Source of the DNA: Ramlibacter sp.
GTDB taxonomy: Bacteria > Pseudomonadota > Gammaproteobacteria > Burkholderiales > Burkholderiaceae_C
Length of the DNA: 64,000 nucleotides
Assembly (NCBI GenBank): GCA_014376765.1
Contig: JACMQX010000001.1
Coordinates: 2,052-66,051 of the forward strand
Direction of reading: 5' to 3'
Each line of letters opens with the position of its first letter. Position 1 is the first letter of the stretch. Position numbers and translations under genes: made by a program. This document shows positions 38,379 through 50,188 of this stretch, piece by piece. The notes below the pieces were generated by a model. That model saw only the letters and a list, made by a program, of their open reading frames with translations. It did no database searches and was not told where the DNA came from.

Positions 38379-38567
38379 TCAGGAAAACAGCCACAGCAGC
38401 AACAAGCCGCCAACGATGCTCATCAATCCAAAAAAGCGGATCTGCCCATCCGACAGCTGCATGATCTGCGTGAACATGCGCCGCCAGCCAACGGGCGAGA
38501 TGAAAGGCATCAGCCCCTCAAAGACCAGCACCAATGCGCAGGCCGCCCAGAAGGTGTCGCTGTCCAC
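38379..38567 (-). CDS. DUF2065 family small membrane protein
   Basis: 62 aa: WAACALVLVFEGLMPFISPVGWRRMF...GLMSIVGGLLLLW. Typical position between hflC and hisZ. Confidence 0.7.
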   Translation of the reverse strand: MDSDTFWAACALVLVFEGLMPFISPVGWRRMFTQIMQLSDGQIRFFGLMSIVGGLLLLWLFS

Positions 38568-38581
38568 TCAAGGGCCCGGTT

Positions 38582-39481
38582 TTATTTTTTTACCGGCTTG
38601 TCGGCAACGCCGTTGCCGCGGAACACCTTGAAGAACTCGGACGACGAAGGGTCCAGGACCATTACATCGCTCTTCTTGTTGAAGCTGGCTTTGTAGGCGT
38701 CCAGGCTGCGGTAGAACTGAGCGAACTGCGGGTCGCGGCCAAAGGATTCTGCGTAGATGCGTGAGGCTTCGGCATCGCCCTCGCCCTTGATCTTCTGTGC
38801 ATCGCGGTAGGCGTTGGCCACAGTCACTTCGCGCTGACGGTCAGCGTCGGCACGGATCTTTTCACCCTCGGCGCCACCGGTGGACCGCAGCTCGTTGGCC
38901 ACGCGCTTGCGCTCGGCCTCCATGCGGCGATAGACCGACTCGGTGATGGTGTCGACATAGTCAGCGCGCGTCAGGCGCACGTCGATCACCTCGATGCCCC
39001 AGTTGCGGGCGCGCACCTTCTCAAGCACTTCGCGCTTCACCTCGGACATCAGTTCTTCGCGTTTGGACGAGATCAGTTCGCGCACCGTGCGCTTGCCGAT
39101 CTCTTCCGAAAACGCATTTCGCACTTCCTGGCTCAGCTTGCTGGCGCCGGCCGCTTCGTCCACACCCAGGGCGCGGATGTATTCGGTCGGGTTGGTGATG
39201 CGCCAGCGCAGGTACCAGTCAATCACCAGACGCTGTTTCTCTGCCGTGTACAGCGGCTCGGTGTCGGTGCTGTCCAGCGTCAACAGGCGCTTGTCGAGGT
39301 ACTTGACGTCCTGAAACGGGGGCGGCAGCTTGAAGTTCAAGCCGGGCTCGGTGATGACTTCCTTGATCTGGCCCAAGGCGTAAACCACGCCAAACTGGCG
39401 CTGGTCGACCACGAAGAGCATGGAGCTCAGCAACGCGAGGAGCACCAGCAGCGAGGTGGCGATAAATCCGATTCTGTTCAT
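38582..39481 (-). CDS. hflC: Protease modulator HflC
   Basis: Start is MNRIGFIATSLL at 39481, with AAGGA upstream. SPFH/band-7 domain. Follows hflK. Confidence 0.9.
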   Translation of the reverse strand: MNRIGFIATSLLVLLALLSSMLFVVDQRQFGVVYALGQIKEVITEPGLNFKLPPPFQDVKYLDKRLLTLDSTDTEPLYTAEKQRLVIDWYLRWRITNPTEYIRALGVDEAAGASKLSQEVRNAFSEEIGKRTVRELISSKREELMSEVKREVLEKVRARNWGIEVIDVRLTRADYVDTITESVYRRMEAERKRVANELRSTGGAEGEKIRADADRQREVTVANAYRDAQKIKGEGDAEASRIYAESFGRDPQFAQFYRSLDAYKASFNKKSDVMVLDPSSSEFFKVFRGNGVADKPVKK

Positions 39482-39494
39482 TTGGCTGGATCCT

Positions 39495-40829
39495 TTAGCG
39501 CGTGTCACGGTCGCGGGTGCGGGAGCTGTCGCGCACGCGGGCGTCCGGCGGCAGGGCCGCCGGCGCGGAAGGTATGGCGGGCACGGCGCCAGCGGCCGCT
39601 GCCGCGTCGGGAGCCGGCAAAGCCGCGCCAGAAGCTTGCAAGACCTTGTCCAGCGGCAGGTACAGCAGGTTGGAGCCCTGTTTGGAGTCCACCACGACCT
39701 TGGTCACATTTGAGTAGATCTGCTGCATGGCGTCCAGGTACATGCGGTCTCGCGTGACCTGCGGCGCCTTCTGGTACTCCGCCAGCACCGATTTAAAGCG
39801 CTGCGCATCACCCTGGGCCTGCGCAATGATGCGGGCCTTGTACGCGTCTGACTCTTCCTTCAGGCGCGAAGCGGAGCCCACGGCCCGCGGGATCACATCA
39901 TTCGCATAGGCCTGGGCTTCATTCTTGGCGCGTTCGCGCTCCTGCCCGGCCTTCAGCACATCGTCAAAAGCCGACTGGACCTGCTCGGGCGGGCGCACAC
40001 CGCCCTGCTGCAGGCTGATGCCCACGATCTCAACGCCCACCTTGTAGCGGTCCAGGATGGTCTGCATCAGCTTGCGCACATTGGGGCCGATGGAGTCACG
40101 GCCTTCGCCGAGCGCCACGTCCATCTTCATCTTTCCAATGACTTCGCGCACCGCTGACTCGGCAGCCTGCGTCACCGCGTCCTGCGGATTACGGCTCTCG
40201 AACAGCCAGGCGCGTGCATCACTCAGGCGGTACTGCACGGCGAACTTGATTTCGACGACGTTCTCGTCTTCCGTCAGCATCGCCGAATCGCGCAGGCCTG
40301 TCGACTTGATGATGGCGTCGCGCCCGACGTCTACCGAGCGGGTCTGCGTCACCAGGACGATTTCATGGCGCTGGACCGGGTAAGGCAAGCGCCAGTTAAA
40401 ACCTGCGCCAACCGTTGAGCGGTACTTGCCAAATTGCGTAATGACAGCCTGCTGGCCTTCCTGCACGATAAAGAAGCCGGTACCCAGCCAGATCAGCACC
40501 ACCACGGCAGCCACCAGGCCAATGCCGATGCCCGCATTTTTCATGTCAGGCGGCTGGAAGCCCCCGCCGCCACCGCCAGTGCCGCCGCCCTTGGCGTTTT
40601 TCTTGCCGCCGAACAGGCCGCCGAGCTTGCGGTTGAAGTCACGCCACAGCTCGTCAAGATCAGGCGGCCCCTGGTTGGGACCCTGACCGCGAGGCGGCTC
40701 GCCCTCAGGTTTGGAGTTTTCAGCGGGTTTGTCGTCGCCGCGGCCCCAGCGAGGGTCGTTCAAGTTGAACATTCCCCGGATTCGGCCCGGCCAGGTTGCC
40801 AGCCGGAAGGCCCGTAAATTGAGATTCAT
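39495..40829 (-). CDS. hflK: FtsH protease activity modulator HflK
   Basis: 444 aa with the LNDPRWGRG motif, a Gly-rich linker, a TM segment and an SPFH domain. An alternative start is at 40772. Confidence 0.9.
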   Translation of the reverse strand: MNLNLRAFRLATWPGRIRGMFNLNDPRWGRGDDKPAENSKPEGEPPRGQGPNQGPPDLDELWRDFNRKLGGLFGGKKNAKGGGTGGGGGGFQPPDMKNAGIGIGLVAAVVVLIWLGTGFFIVQEGQQAVITQFGKYRSTVGAGFNWRLPYPVQRHEIVLVTQTRSVDVGRDAIIKSTGLRDSAMLTEDENVVEIKFAVQYRLSDARAWLFESRNPQDAVTQAAESAVREVIGKMKMDVALGEGRDSIGPNVRKLMQTILDRYKVGVEIVGISLQQGGVRPPEQVQSAFDDVLKAGQERERAKNEAQAYANDVIPRAVGSASRLKEESDAYKARIIAQAQGDAQRFKSVLAEYQKAPQVTRDRMYLDAMQQIYSNVTKVVVDSKQGSNLLYLPLDKVLQASGAALPAPDAAAAAGAVPAIPSAPAALPPDARVRDSSRTRDRDTR

Positions 40830-40873
40830 GCGCTTTGGTCTCTTGTTTTAGCTCGTGCCCCGATTGTGCACAA

Positions 40874-42073
40874 TCAGACAATGACTTTCCCTTGTGCGGG
40901 GTCTTCGTTCGGCTCGGCGCCTTGCTGGCGCCCCGCAGCGGCCATGTGACCGAGCTGTTGGCGCAAGGCGGGCAAGCCCTCTCCTGTCCTTGCGCTCACG
41001 AAAATACGGGGGATATTCAGGCCGTCAATCTCGAACGTATCTACCATCTGAAGCGGCCAACGGTCTTTTTCAAGGGCGTCGATCTTGTTGAAGACGAGAA
41101 CCTGCGGGACATCGGCCGCGCCGATCTCGGCCAGCACGTTTTGCACCTCTGCGATCTGCTCCACAAAGGCCGGGTTGGCGGCATCGACGATGTGCATCAA
41201 CAGGTCAGCCTCTGCAGCTTCCTCGAGCGTGGCGCGGAATGCGTCGATCAGCCCGTGCGGCAGGTCACGTATGAAACCCACGGTGTCGGACAGCGACACC
41301 GAGCGCCCCACCGCACCGTTAGGGCCCTCAGCGCCTGCCAGATAGAGCTGGCGCGTGGTGGTGTCCAGCGTCGCAAACAGCTGGTCAGCCGTGTACGCCC
41401 GCGCTTTGACCAGGGCATTGAAAAGCGTGGACTTGCCCGCGTTGGTGTAGCCCACCAGGGAGATGCCAAAGGCACCGCGCCGGTCCCGCTGGCGCCGCTG
41501 CGTGCTGCGCTGGCGCTTGACCTTGTGCAGCCGCTCCTTGGTGCGCTTGATGGCCTCGCCAATCATGCGGCGGTCCAGCTCGATCTGCTTTTCGCCAGGG
41601 CCGCCGCGCACGCCGGCACCGCCGGTCTGGCGTTCAAGGTGGGACCAGCGGCGCACCAGGCGCGTGCTGACGTATTGCAGCCGTGCGAGCTCGACCTGTA
41701 ACTTTCCTTCATGGCTACGGGCGCGCTGGGCAAAAATTTCAAGAATGAGCAAGGTCCGGTCATTGACGGCCACGCCCATGTGTTTTTCCAGATTACGCTG
41801 CTGGGCTGGGCTCAGGGACTGGTCAAACAGGATCTCTGTGGCGCCGTGCATCTCGGCTAGAAGCTTGATCTCGTCGGCCTTGCCGCTGCCAATGAACAGG
41901 GCCGCGTCGGGCGCCTTGCGCTTGCAGGTGACGCGGGCCAAGGGATGCATACCGGCGGTTTGCGCCAGCAGGCCCAGTTCTTCTAGGCCACTATCGAAAT
42001 TGGGTGAACCAAAGTCGACACCGACGAGGATCGTAGGTGCTGCGGTGCTCTCTTGCGAAACGTTGGAACTCAA
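40874..42073 (-). CDS. hflX: GTPase HflX
   Basis: 399 aa with the HflX N-domain (RTLLILEIFAQRARSHEGKLQVELA), G1 GYTNAGKST, DTVGF and NKID. Confidence 0.9.
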   Translation of the reverse strand: MSSNVSQESTAAPTILVGVDFGSPNFDSGLEELGLLAQTAGMHPLARVTCKRKAPDAALFIGSGKADEIKLLAEMHGATEILFDQSLSPAQQRNLEKHMGVAVNDRTLLILEIFAQRARSHEGKLQVELARLQYVSTRLVRRWSHLERQTGGAGVRGGPGEKQIELDRRMIGEAIKRTKERLHKVKRQRSTQRRQRDRRGAFGISLVGYTNAGKSTLFNALVKARAYTADQLFATLDTTTRQLYLAGAEGPNGAVGRSVSLSDTVGFIRDLPHGLIDAFRATLEEAAEADLLMHIVDAANPAFVEQIAEVQNVLAEIGAADVPQVLVFNKIDALEKDRWPLQMVDTFEIDGLNIPRIFVSARTGEGLPALRQQLGHMAAAGRQQGAEPNEDPAQGKVIV

Positions 42074-42161
42074 ATCAGCACTCGGGTTGTGGCGTCAGGC
42101 GCCGCGCCCTGAGCAAGCCCCCAGCCACAGGCGGCCGGACAGGACCAGCGACCGTTGGTGA

Positions 42162-42410
42162 TCAGGCAGGACCTGGATCAGCGTTTTCAGGCGCCGAGAA
42201 ATTCACGGCACGCCCTGGAACGATGGTCGAGATCGCATGCTTGTAGACCATCTGGGTCACAGTGTTGCGAAGCAGTACGACGTACTGGTCAAAAGACTCA
42301 ATCTGGCCCTGCAGCTTTATGCCATTGACGAGATAAATCGACACTGGCACATGCTCTCGGCGCAAGGTATTCAGGAATGGGTCTTGTAAAAGCTGCCCTT
42401 TATTGCTCAC
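42162..42410 (-). CDS. hfq: RNA chaperone Hfq
   Basis: GTG start at 42410 with GGAGA upstream: (M)[46 protein letters not shown]...[10 protein letters not shown]. 82 aa. Confidence 0.95.
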   Translation of the reverse strand: MSNKGQLLQDPFLNTLRREHVPVSIYLVNGIKLQGQIESFDQYVVLLRNTVTQMVYKHAISTIVPGRAVNFSAPENADPGPA

Positions 42411-42527
42411 GATATTCTCCGTGTTCTGAAAAAGTTGTTGTTGGAAAACAGACCTTACCACAGCAATGCTGCACTGCACGTAAGACGCCAGCCATTTCCA
42501 CCTGATGGTGACAGGGGCTTGTCTTTC

Positions 42528-43868
42528 TCAGTCGTCCTTGTCCGCATAGGGGTTGGTCGACGTCTTCATCTGGATGCGCAGCGGCGTGCCGACCAGGTTG
42601 AATTCCTTGCGGAAACGGCCTTCAAGAAAGCGCTTGTAAGACTCGCTCACATGCTCCAGCGAGTTACCGTGGACGATGATCACCGGCGGGTTCATACCCC
42701 CCTGGTGCGCATACCGCAGCTTGGGCCGGAACATACCCGCGCGCTCCGGCGACTGGAACTGGGTGGCCTCCAGCAGCAAACGGGTAAGCACCGGCGTGGA
42801 CATCTTCACCGTTGCCGACTTGTGGGCCTGGATGATGGACACCCAGACGGGCCCCAACCCCTGCCGTTTGATGGCCGATATATTGTGGATGGACGCAAAC
42901 TTCAAAAAGGCCAAGCGCGTCTCGATCGAGCGTTTGACGATCTCACGCTGGTAGGAGTCCACCGCGTCCCACTTGTTGATAGCCACCACCACGGCGCGGC
43001 CGCTTTCCAGGATGTAGCCCGCGATGTGGGCATCCTGGTCGGTCACGCCCTGGGTGGCATCCAGCAGCAGCAGGACGACGTTGGCAGTTTCAATCGCCTG
43101 CAATGTCTTGACGACAGAGAATTTTTCAATTGCCTCAAACACCTTGCCCCGGCGGCGCAGGCCGGCGGTATCGATCAGCTCGAAGCGCTGGCCGTTGCGT
43201 TCGAACGGCACGCTGATGGCATCGCGCGTTGTGCCCGGCAAGTCAAACGCCACCAGGCGCTCTTCACCCAGCCAGGTGTTGATGAGGGTGGACTTGCCCA
43301 CATTGGGCCGCCCCGCGACAGCCAGCTTGATGACGCCGCTGTCTGCCTCTTCTTCATCGTCGCCCGGCTCGGGCAGGTTCAGCGTTTCAAGCGCCAGGTC
43401 CACCAGGCTGCGGGTGCCCTGCCCGTGCGCGGCCGAGACCGGATAGACCTCGCCCAGGCCCAGCTCAAAGAATTCGCCCAGCTGCGTGCCCTCGGTCATG
43501 CCCTCGGCCTTGTTGGCAACGAGCAGGGTGGGCTTGCCAAGGCGCCTTAAAAACTTGGCGATGTCGTGGTCCTGCGCGGACAGCCCGCCCCGCGCATCGA
43601 CCACGAAGATCACGACGTCAGCTTCGGCCACGGCCTGGCGGGTCTGCTTGGCCATTTCCTTGTAGATGCCGCTCTCGGCCGTGGGCTCAAAGCCGCCGGT
43701 GTCGATGACGATGTATTCGTACTTGCCCTGGCGGCCGTTGCCGTAGTGGCGGTCACGGGTGAGGCCCGCATAGTCGGCAACGATGGCGTCGCGCGACTTG
43801 GTGAGGCGGTTGAACAGCGTTGATTTGCCGACGTTGGGGCGGCCTACTAGAGCCAGGACTGGTTTCAC
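42528..43868 (-). CDS. der: Ribosome biogenesis GTPase Der (EngA)
   Basis: 446 aa with two G domains (GRPNVGKST twice; DTGG/DTAG; NKAE/NKWD) and a KH-like C-terminus. Confidence 0.95.
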   Translation of the reverse strand: MKPVLALVGRPNVGKSTLFNRLTKSRDAIVADYAGLTRDRHYGNGRQGKYEYIVIDTGGFEPTAESGIYKEMAKQTRQAVAEADVVIFVVDARGGLSAQDHDIAKFLRRLGKPTLLVANKAEGMTEGTQLGEFFELGLGEVYPVSAAHGQGTRSLVDLALETLNLPEPGDDEEEADSGVIKLAVAGRPNVGKSTLINTWLGEERLVAFDLPGTTRDAISVPFERNGQRFELIDTAGLRRRGKVFEAIEKFSVVKTLQAIETANVVLLLLDATQGVTDQDAHIAGYILESGRAVVVAINKWDAVDSYQREIVKRSIETRLAFLKFASIHNISAIKRQGLGPVWVSIIQAHKSATVKMSTPVLTRLLLEATQFQSPERAGMFRPKLRYAHQGGMNPPVIIVHGNSLEHVSESYKRFLEGRFRKEFNLVGTPLRIQMKTSTNPYADKDD

Positions 43869-43886
43869 GGCGGCAGACGGTTGAAA

Positions 43887-45044
43887 CTATTCGGGCTGGA
43901 AGCCAAAGACGCCACCGGCGCGGGTGACAACAATGAGCGTGTCCCCCGCCAGCACGGGCGAGCCGACGATGGCCGTGCCATCCGTCGCCACGCGGCTGAG
44001 TGGCGAGCCATCCTCGCGGGACAGCAGGTGCACCAGGCCGGTGTTGTCGCCAATGGCGACCGAGCGGCCCACTGACAGGGGGGCGGACAGGCCGCGGTAC
44101 TGCAGGCGGTCACTGACCCAGGCGCGTTCGCCGTCAGTGCGGCGCCAGGCGATGACCTTGCCATCGCTTTCGGTGCCGAACACATAGCGGTCGTCACCGT
44201 GTACGCCTTCAGAGCCGTTGGCCGGTTTGGTCCAGATGAGAGAGCCGCGTGCTGCATTGACACAGCCCACATTGGCCTGGAAAGCACGGGCGCAGACCAC
44301 ATCACCGTTGCGGCTGACACGGCTGACCAGGTCAACCAGTCGCTCAACGTCGTTGGTACCGCGCGGCGCGGCAATAGGCACTTCCCAACGGATCGCTCCG
44401 CTGGTGGGGTTCAGGCCTACCAGCCGGCCAGACAAGCCCACCACCAGGGTGTCACCCACCGAGAGCATTACGCCGGACTGGCGCAGCACCAGCGGCTCAC
44501 CGGGGCGCTGCTGCAGCCATAACCTGCGGCCGGTTTGCCCGTCGAGTGCGACAACCGAGCGGTCGGCCACGAGGACAAAGACCCGGCCACCGGCCACGAA
44601 GGGCGCCGTGTAAGTTTGGGAGACCAGCTTGTGGCGCCAAAGTTCGCGGCCGTTGTCGATGGCAACCACCTCATTGGCATTCGTCACAACCGCAGCAATC
44701 TTGCCGTCTGTGCCCACGCCGGCAACGATGGGCGCGCCCACGTTGGTGCGCCACAGGTCGCGGCCTGAGCGGCCGTCCAGCGCGACGACGGCGCCACCGG
44801 CACCGGCTACGACCACGGTGTCGCCACTGATGCCGACGCTCAGAGGGAATCCAACCTCGCCTACTCGTGCTGTCCAGGCCTGGCGCACGCCGATCAGCGC
44901 CGCGTTGGGCGCAAGCTCAACGGGCTTGGGTTTGGACGAGCCGCCAGCGCAGGCAGCGAGAACCACAGCCGTGGCCAGCAGCACAACAGAGCGGGACAAG
45001 GACCGGGGCAAGGCTCCGGTCAGGGAAAAAGACGTTGATTTCAC
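43887..45044 (-). CDS. bamB: Outer membrane protein assembly factor BamB
   Basis: 385 aa with a lipoprotein signal (LATAVVLAAC) and PQQ-like beta-propeller repeats. Conserved der-bamB-yfgM-hisS order. Confidence 0.9.
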   Translation of the reverse strand: MKSTSFSLTGALPRSLSRSVVLLATAVVLAACAGGSSKPKPVELAPNAALIGVRQAWTARVGEVGFPLSVGISGDTVVVAGAGGAVVALDGRSGRDLWRTNVGAPIVAGVGTDGKIAAVVTNANEVVAIDNGRELWRHKLVSQTYTAPFVAGGRVFVLVADRSVVALDGQTGRRLWLQQRPGEPLVLRQSGVMLSVGDTLVVGLSGRLVGLNPTSGAIRWEVPIAAPRGTNDVERLVDLVSRVSRNGDVVCARAFQANVGCVNAARGSLIWTKPANGSEGVHGDDRYVFGTESDGKVIAWRRTDGERAWVSDRLQYRGLSAPLSVGRSVAIGDNTGLVHLLSREDGSPLSRVATDGTAIVGSPVLAGDTLIVVTRAGGVFGFQPE

Positions 45045-45742
45045 TTGCTGGCCTCCGTCGCGGTGGATTTAGCCGGGGTGTTTGCCGGTGTGATGACAGG
45101 GTTGGGGTCAACACCCATCGCGTTGAGCTTCACTTCGACCAGGCGGCGGTATTCGGCCCGGTCGTCCAGGGCCTTGAAGGACTTTTCGTATTCGGTGCGG
45201 GCTTCAGCTTTCTTGCCTTGCAGCAAAAACACATCGCCCTTGCGGTCTGCCACCAGCGCTTCAAATTCTTTGGGGAATGATGCGTTGAGCTGCTTCAACG
45301 CGTCGTCATAGGCCTTCGTTTCCACCAGAATGCCCGCCAGCCGCAGGCGGGCCAGGGCCTGGTAGCCATCGTCGCCAGCCTTGTCGATCACCCAGCCCAG
45401 CGCTGCACGGGCTGCGTCAGCGTTGCCCTTTTCATAAAAGGTCTTGGCGGCGAGCAAGGCAGCCTGCTGCGCGTAGGTCGTGCTGCCAAACTTGTCCTTC
45501 ATGTCGGCCAGCGCACGGTCCAGCACGGCCATGTCGGAGCCTTTGGCCGCACGCTCGACCTGCTCGTACATGTTGGCCGACTGGGCTGACTGGCTGCGGT
45601 TCCAGTAGTTGTAGAAATTCCAGGCGGCGATGCTGCCGAAAACGACGATCAGTACCCAGGTGATGAGGTTGCCGTACTGCTTCCAGAAATGCTTGATCTG
45701 GTCGAGCTGTTCTTGTTCTTCGAGGTCGAGATGTTTAGCCAT
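45041..45742 (-). CDS. YfgM-like membrane-anchored TPR protein
   Basis: Start is [36 protein letters not shown] at 45742, 233 aa, overlapping the hisS stop by 8 nt. Confidence 0.8.
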   Translation of the reverse strand: MAKHLDLEEQEQLDQIKHFWKQYGNLITWVLIVVFGSIAAWNFYNYWNRSQSAQSANMYEQVERAAKGSDMAVLDRALADMKDKFGSTTYAQQAALLAAKTFYEKGNADAARAALGWVIDKAGDDGYQALARLRLAGILVETKAYDDALKQLNASFPKEFEALVADRKGDVFLLQGKKAEARTEYEKSFKALDDRAEYRRLVEVKLNAMGVDPNPVITPANTPAKSTATEASK

Positions 45743-47102
45743 GAATGATGCCGGTTGATCGGTTTGATTGTAGGGTGGGCGCCCATGTGTCCACACTGGC
45801 AAGCGGCTGCGTGCGCTGTTCGCCACTGCCGTCCCGCAGCGACTTGACCATGCACATGCCCTGCGCGAGTTCGTCGGCACCAAATATGAGCGCGAAGCGC
45901 GCACCGCTGGCATCGGCCTTTTTGAATTGCGACTTCATGCTGCCCATGCCTTCAGCCGTGGCCGCATGCATCTGCGCGCTCACGCCTGCTGCACGCAACG
46001 CCTGCAAGGTGCGCAGGGCCACGGGCACGGCCACTGCATCGGGGATGATGGCGTACACATCGGGCACCAGCGCCGGAATGTCGGCGCCCTGCTCTTTCAC
46101 GAGTTCCAGCACGCGCTCCACGCCCAGCGCCCAGCCCACGGCCGGCGCAGCCTTGCCGCCGATCTGCTCGATCAGGTAGTCGTAGCGGCCGCCGGCGCAT
46201 ATGGTGCCCTGGGAGCCCAGGCTCTCGGTGATGAACTCAAACACCGACAGGTTGTAGTAGTCCATCCCGCGCACCAGGCGTGGGTTGACGGTGTAGGCAA
46301 GGCCGTTGGCTTCGAGGTTGGCCTTGAGGCCGCTGAAGTGCGCCAGCGACGTCTCGCCCAGAAAATCAATCAGGCGCGGAGCGGATTCGACCACCTCGCG
46401 CATGGCCGGGTTCTTCGTGTCCAGGATGCGCAGTGGGTTGCTGTGGAGGCGGCGCTTGCCGTCTTCATCGAGCACGCTGGCATGCTTTTCAAAGTGGGCA
46501 ATGAGTTCGGCGCGGTGCAGCTTGCGCTCTTCAGGCTGGCCCAGGCTGTTGATTTCAAGGCGAACGTCCTTCAGGCCAAGCTCTTTCCACAGCGCGTCGG
46601 CCAGCAGGATGATTTCAGCATCCACATCGGGGCCGGCAAAGCCCAGCGCTTCTGCGCCGATCTGGTGAAACTGTCGGTAGCGGCCACGTTGCGGGCGCTC
46701 ATGCCGGAACATCGGGCCCATGTAGTACAGCCGCTTGCCGCCCTCGTACAGCATCGAATGCTCGGCCACAGCGCGCACAACGCCGGCGGTGTTCTCGGGC
46801 CGCAGTGTCAGGGCTTCGCCGTTGAGCCGGTCTTCAAAGGAGTACATCTCCTTCTCGACAATGTCCGTCACCTCGCCCAGGCCGCGCACAAACAGTGGTG
46901 TGGTCTCGACGACAGGGGTGCGGATATTCCGGTAGGCGTAACGCGCCATCAGCGCACGCACCCGGGCCTCCAGCCATTCCCAGCGCGCCGAGTCCGGCGG
47001 CAGGATGTCGTTCATGCCTTTGATAGCGGTGAGTTTCCCGGCCTTCACGCCCGGTTTGCCCGCCTTGGGGGCGGCCTGGTTTTCATCCATGGGGGTCGTC
47101 AC
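45735..47102 (-). CDS. hisS: Histidine--tRNA ligase
   Basis: 455 aa with class II motifs: [28 protein letters not shown]. Confidence 0.95.
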   Translation of the reverse strand: MTTPMDENQAAPKAGKPGVKAGKLTAIKGMNDILPPDSARWEWLEARVRALMARYAYRNIRTPVVETTPLFVRGLGEVTDIVEKEMYSFEDRLNGEALTLRPENTAGVVRAVAEHSMLYEGGKRLYYMGPMFRHERPQRGRYRQFHQIGAEALGFAGPDVDAEIILLADALWKELGLKDVRLEINSLGQPEERKLHRAELIAHFEKHASVLDEDGKRRLHSNPLRILDTKNPAMREVVESAPRLIDFLGETSLAHFSGLKANLEANGLAYTVNPRLVRGMDYYNLSVFEFITESLGSQGTICAGGRYDYLIEQIGGKAAPAVGWALGVERVLELVKEQGADIPALVPDVYAIIPDAVAVPVALRTLQALRAAGVSAQMHAATAEGMGSMKSQFKKADASGARFALIFGADELAQGMCMVKSLRDGSGEQRTQPLASVDTWAPTLQSNRSTGIIHG

Positions 47103-48379
47103 GCGGTTTCAGCAGCCTGCTGGCTGCCAAAGCGCTTTTCAATGTAGGTTTCAACAAGCTGGTGGAATTCATTGGCGATGTTGTCGCCGCGCAGCGTCAG
47201 CGCCTTTTCCCCGTCGATATACACGGGCGCGGCCGGGGCCTCACCAGTGCCCGGCAAGCTGATGCCGATGTCGGCATGCTTGCTCTCGCCCGGGCCGTTG
47301 ACGATGCAACCCATTACGGCGACCTTCATTTTTTCAACACCCGGGTACTTCTTGCGCCAGACGGGCATCTGCGCGCGCAGGTAGTCGTCGATCTGCTTGG
47401 CCAGCACCTGGAAGGTGGTGCTGGTTGTGCGGCCGCAGCCCGGGCAGGCCGTGACGCTGGGCACGAAGCTGCGCAGGCCAAGCGCCTGCAAAATCTCGGA
47501 AGCAATGACCACTTCCTGGGTGCGCGACTCACCCGGCTGCGGCGTGAGCGAAACGCGAATCGTGTCGCCAATGCCCTCCTGCAGCAGGATGGACAAGGCT
47601 GTTGCCGAAGCCACTGTGCCCTTGGTGCCCATACCGGCTTCGGTCAAACCCAGATGCAGTGCATAGTCGCAACGTTTGGCGAGCTCGCGGTACACCGAGA
47701 TCAGGTCCTGCACGCCGCTGACCTTGCACGACAGCATGATCTGGTGGGCCGGCAAGCCCAGCTCGGTGGCGCGGGCGGCGGAATCAAGCGCCGACGTGAT
47801 GAGCGCCTCGTACATCACCTGTTTCGCATCCCAGGGTTCCGCGCGCTGGCTGTTGGTGTCCATCAAATCTGCCAGCAGCTCCTGGTCGAGGCTGCCCCAG
47901 TTCACGCCTATACGCACGGGCTTGTTCCACTGCACTGCTGCCTCGATCATCTGGCTGAACTGGCGGTCGTGTTTGTCGCCCTTGCCGACGTTGCCGGGGT
48001 TGATGCGGTACTTGGACAACGCCTGGGCACAGGCCGGGTAGTCCGTCAACAGGCGGTGGCCGTTGAAGTGGAAGTCGCCGATCAGCGGCACATCAATGCC
48101 CATGCGGTCCAGCTGCTCGCGGATGTAAGGCACGGCCTGCGCCGCTTCGGGCGTGTTGACGGTGATGCGGACCAGTTCCGAGCCGGCAATGGCCAGCTCC
48201 TTGACCTGGATGGCGGTGCCGATGGCATCCACCGTGTCGGTGTTGGTCATGGACTGCACGCGCACCGGCGCATCGCCGCCCACCGTCACAACGCGTGAAC
48301 CCCAGACGACCTGCGCCTGGCGCGAACGGCGCTGCTTGGGGGTCACCGCTTCAATGGGGACAGGATTGCAGGACAGCAC
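47099..48379 (-). CDS. ispG: 4-hydroxy-3-methylbut-2-en-1-yl diphosphate synthase
   Basis: 426 aa with motifs [25 protein letters not shown] and [10 protein letters not shown]. Confidence 0.95.
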   Translation of the reverse strand: MLSCNPVPIEAVTPKQRRSRQAQVVWGSRVVTVGGDAPVRVQSMTNTDTVDAIGTAIQVKELAIAGSELVRITVNTPEAAQAVPYIREQLDRMGIDVPLIGDFHFNGHRLLTDYPACAQALSKYRINPGNVGKGDKHDRQFSQMIEAAVQWNKPVRIGVNWGSLDQELLADLMDTNSQRAEPWDAKQVMYEALITSALDSAARATELGLPAHQIMLSCKVSGVQDLISVYRELAKRCDYALHLGLTEAGMGTKGTVASATALSILLQEGIGDTIRVSLTPQPGESRTQEVVIASEILQALGLRSFVPSVTACPGCGRTTSTTFQVLAKQIDDYLRAQMPVWRKKYPGVEKMKVAVMGCIVNGPGESKHADIGISLPGTGEAPAAPVYIDGEKALTLRGDNIANEFHQLVETYIEKRFGSQQAAETA

Positions 48380-48381
48380 GA

Positions 48382-49347
48382 CTACTTCACCTCAAAGCGC
48401 GCGACGTTGTCGCGCGAAAGCGGCGCAAGGTCCAGCGGCCTGCCGCGTACCTGCACCTGAGTTGAATCCGCCTTGCCGACGATCACGGACAAGGGCAAAG
48501 CCCCCGATGCAGCTACAGCTTCACCGGGCACCAGAATTTTTCTGAGGGGCACCGCGCCGCGGGCATCGGTAACCTCAACCCACGACTGGACCCTCGCCGT
48601 GAACACGACGATGCCGCTGGCCGCAGCCGCCGCCACAGCCGGTGGCGTGATCACGAGCGTGGGACTGGACACCGTTGGCGTGGACAAGGCCACAGAGGGA
48701 GACAGGCTCATCGCCGGGGCCTGTGTCGCCGTGGCTGCTGCCGGCGCGCTGGTCACCGGCCTGGAGTTCAAAGCGGCACTGGCCACTTCAGCAGGAACCA
48801 CGGATTCAACGAGTACCCCTGGGGGCATGACAGCATCACTGGCGGCCACGGCGGGTGGCATGGCGGCAGCATCCGGAGCGGCCGCGCTGAAATTGCCAAA
48901 CCGCTGGATATCCGGCAGGAAAACCAGCACCACCGCAGCGATCAACAGGCCAAATACCGCCAACACCGCAGGGCGCGAGATCTGATCCCACAGGGAGGGA
49001 CTGGGCCCATCGCCTGGCGCGCGAAAGGGCGCGTTGATGCCCGATGCGTTATGGGCCAGCCGGGGGCCCGCATTTCGCGGGAGCCGGGCCAGGACTGGGG
49101 CTGGGTCCACCCGCAAAGTGCGGCAGACGCTGGAGGCCAAAGCGCGCACAAAAACTGCGTCGGGCAACTGGTCATAGCGATCACCCTCCAGGGCTTCGAG
49201 CTTCTTGACGGGCACTTTGAGCGACACCGCCAGCGCGGCGATATGCAGGCCCTGGGCCTCCCGCGCGCGGCGCAGCATCGTGCCAGGTGTCAGGACCTGG
49301 GCGTCATCGGGCTCGGGGGCAAGGGCAGTCGTCTCCATCTCACTCAT
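48382..49347 (-). CDS. rodZ: RodZ-like cytoskeleton protein (HTH + TM + DUF4115)
   Basis: Start is MSEMETTAL at 49347. Contains [24 protein letters not shown], a single TM helix and a C-terminal DUF4115-like beta domain. Confidence 0.75.
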   Translation of the reverse strand: MSEMETTALAPEPDDAQVLTPGTMLRRAREAQGLHIAALAVSLKVPVKKLEALEGDRYDQLPDAVFVRALASSVCRTLRVDPAPVLARLPRNAGPRLAHNASGINAPFRAPGDGPSPSLWDQISRPAVLAVFGLLIAAVVLVFLPDIQRFGNFSAAAPDAAAMPPAVAASDAVMPPGVLVESVVPAEVASAALNSRPVTSAPAAATATQAPAMSLSPSVALSTPTVSSPTLVITPPAVAAAAASGIVVFTARVQSWVEVTDARGAVPLRKILVPGEAVAASGALPLSVIVGKADSTQVQVRGRPLDLAPLSRDNVARFEVK

Positions 49348-50188
49348 TGAAGGCCCCGCGCTCGTACGCAGCCAGCTCTTTGGACTGCGGGAAACGCCGC
49401 TTGAGCTGATCGCCCAGTTGAAGCATGGCCACGCGGTCATCCAAGCGCCGCTCCACACGGATGCCAAGCCACAGGGTCTCGGCATTGGACAGGTCGCTGT
49501 TGTTCAACCTGCGAATGTAGAACTGCGCCCGCACGAATTCCCCGCGTTTGTACAGCAGATTGGCCAGGTTGTAGCCGGTAATGGGGTTGGCAGCGTCCAG
49601 TTCGTAAGAACGGGACAGCGTGCGTTCCGCTTCGACAAGCTGCCCGGCGCGGGCCTGGCACACCCCCTGTGCCAACAACGTTTTGGCCTGATCGCCGTAG
49701 ACCGGGCTGGCCATGGCCTGACCAAACAGAACGTTGGACTCGGCGTAGCGGTTTTGCTGGCACATCATCCAGCCAAAGTTGTGCAGGGTGTTGGGGTCTT
49801 TGGGGCTGAGCGCCACAGCCCGGCGGAAACTGTCTTCAGCCAGGCGGGGCTCGTTCAGCCGCATGTAGATCAGGCCGCGCAGGTTGAAGGCGTCGGCAAA
49901 GTTGGGGTCGGTGGCAATGGCCTGCTTGAGCTCGTCAAGCGCAACGCTGGTCTGGCCTTGCTCAAAGTAGCCGGACGCCAGTTGCAGGCGCAGGCGGGCC
50001 CGCTTGCGCGCCTCGGGTTCGTCAGACTCTGTGATCAGGTCCGGGCGGTTGCTGGCGCTTGTTGCGCCCGAAAGGTCGTTGCCGGCACAGCCGGAGATTG
50101 CCATCAGCATCGTCAGGGCAACCGGCGCCAGGCCCGCTGCGCAAAGCCACTGGCCTGCAAAGCGTGATCCCGCTGTGGAACTTGTCAT
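49340..50188 (-). CDS. pilW: Type IV pilus biogenesis/stability lipoprotein PilW (TPR)
   Basis: 282 aa with lipobox ISGC and TPR repeats. Conserved rlmN-pilW-rodZ-ispG order. Confidence 0.8.
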   Translation of the reverse strand: MTSSTAGSRFAGQWLCAAGLAPVALTMLMAISGCAGNDLSGATSASNRPDLITESDEPEARKRARLRLQLASGYFEQGQTSVALDELKQAIATDPNFADAFNLRGLIYMRLNEPRLAEDSFRRAVALSPKDPNTLHNFGWMMCQQNRYAESNVLFGQAMASPVYGDQAKTLLAQGVCQARAGQLVEAERTLSRSYELDAANPITGYNLANLLYKRGEFVRAQFYIRRLNNSDLSNAETLWLGIRVERRLDDRVAMLQLGDQLKRRFPQSKELAAYERGAFNE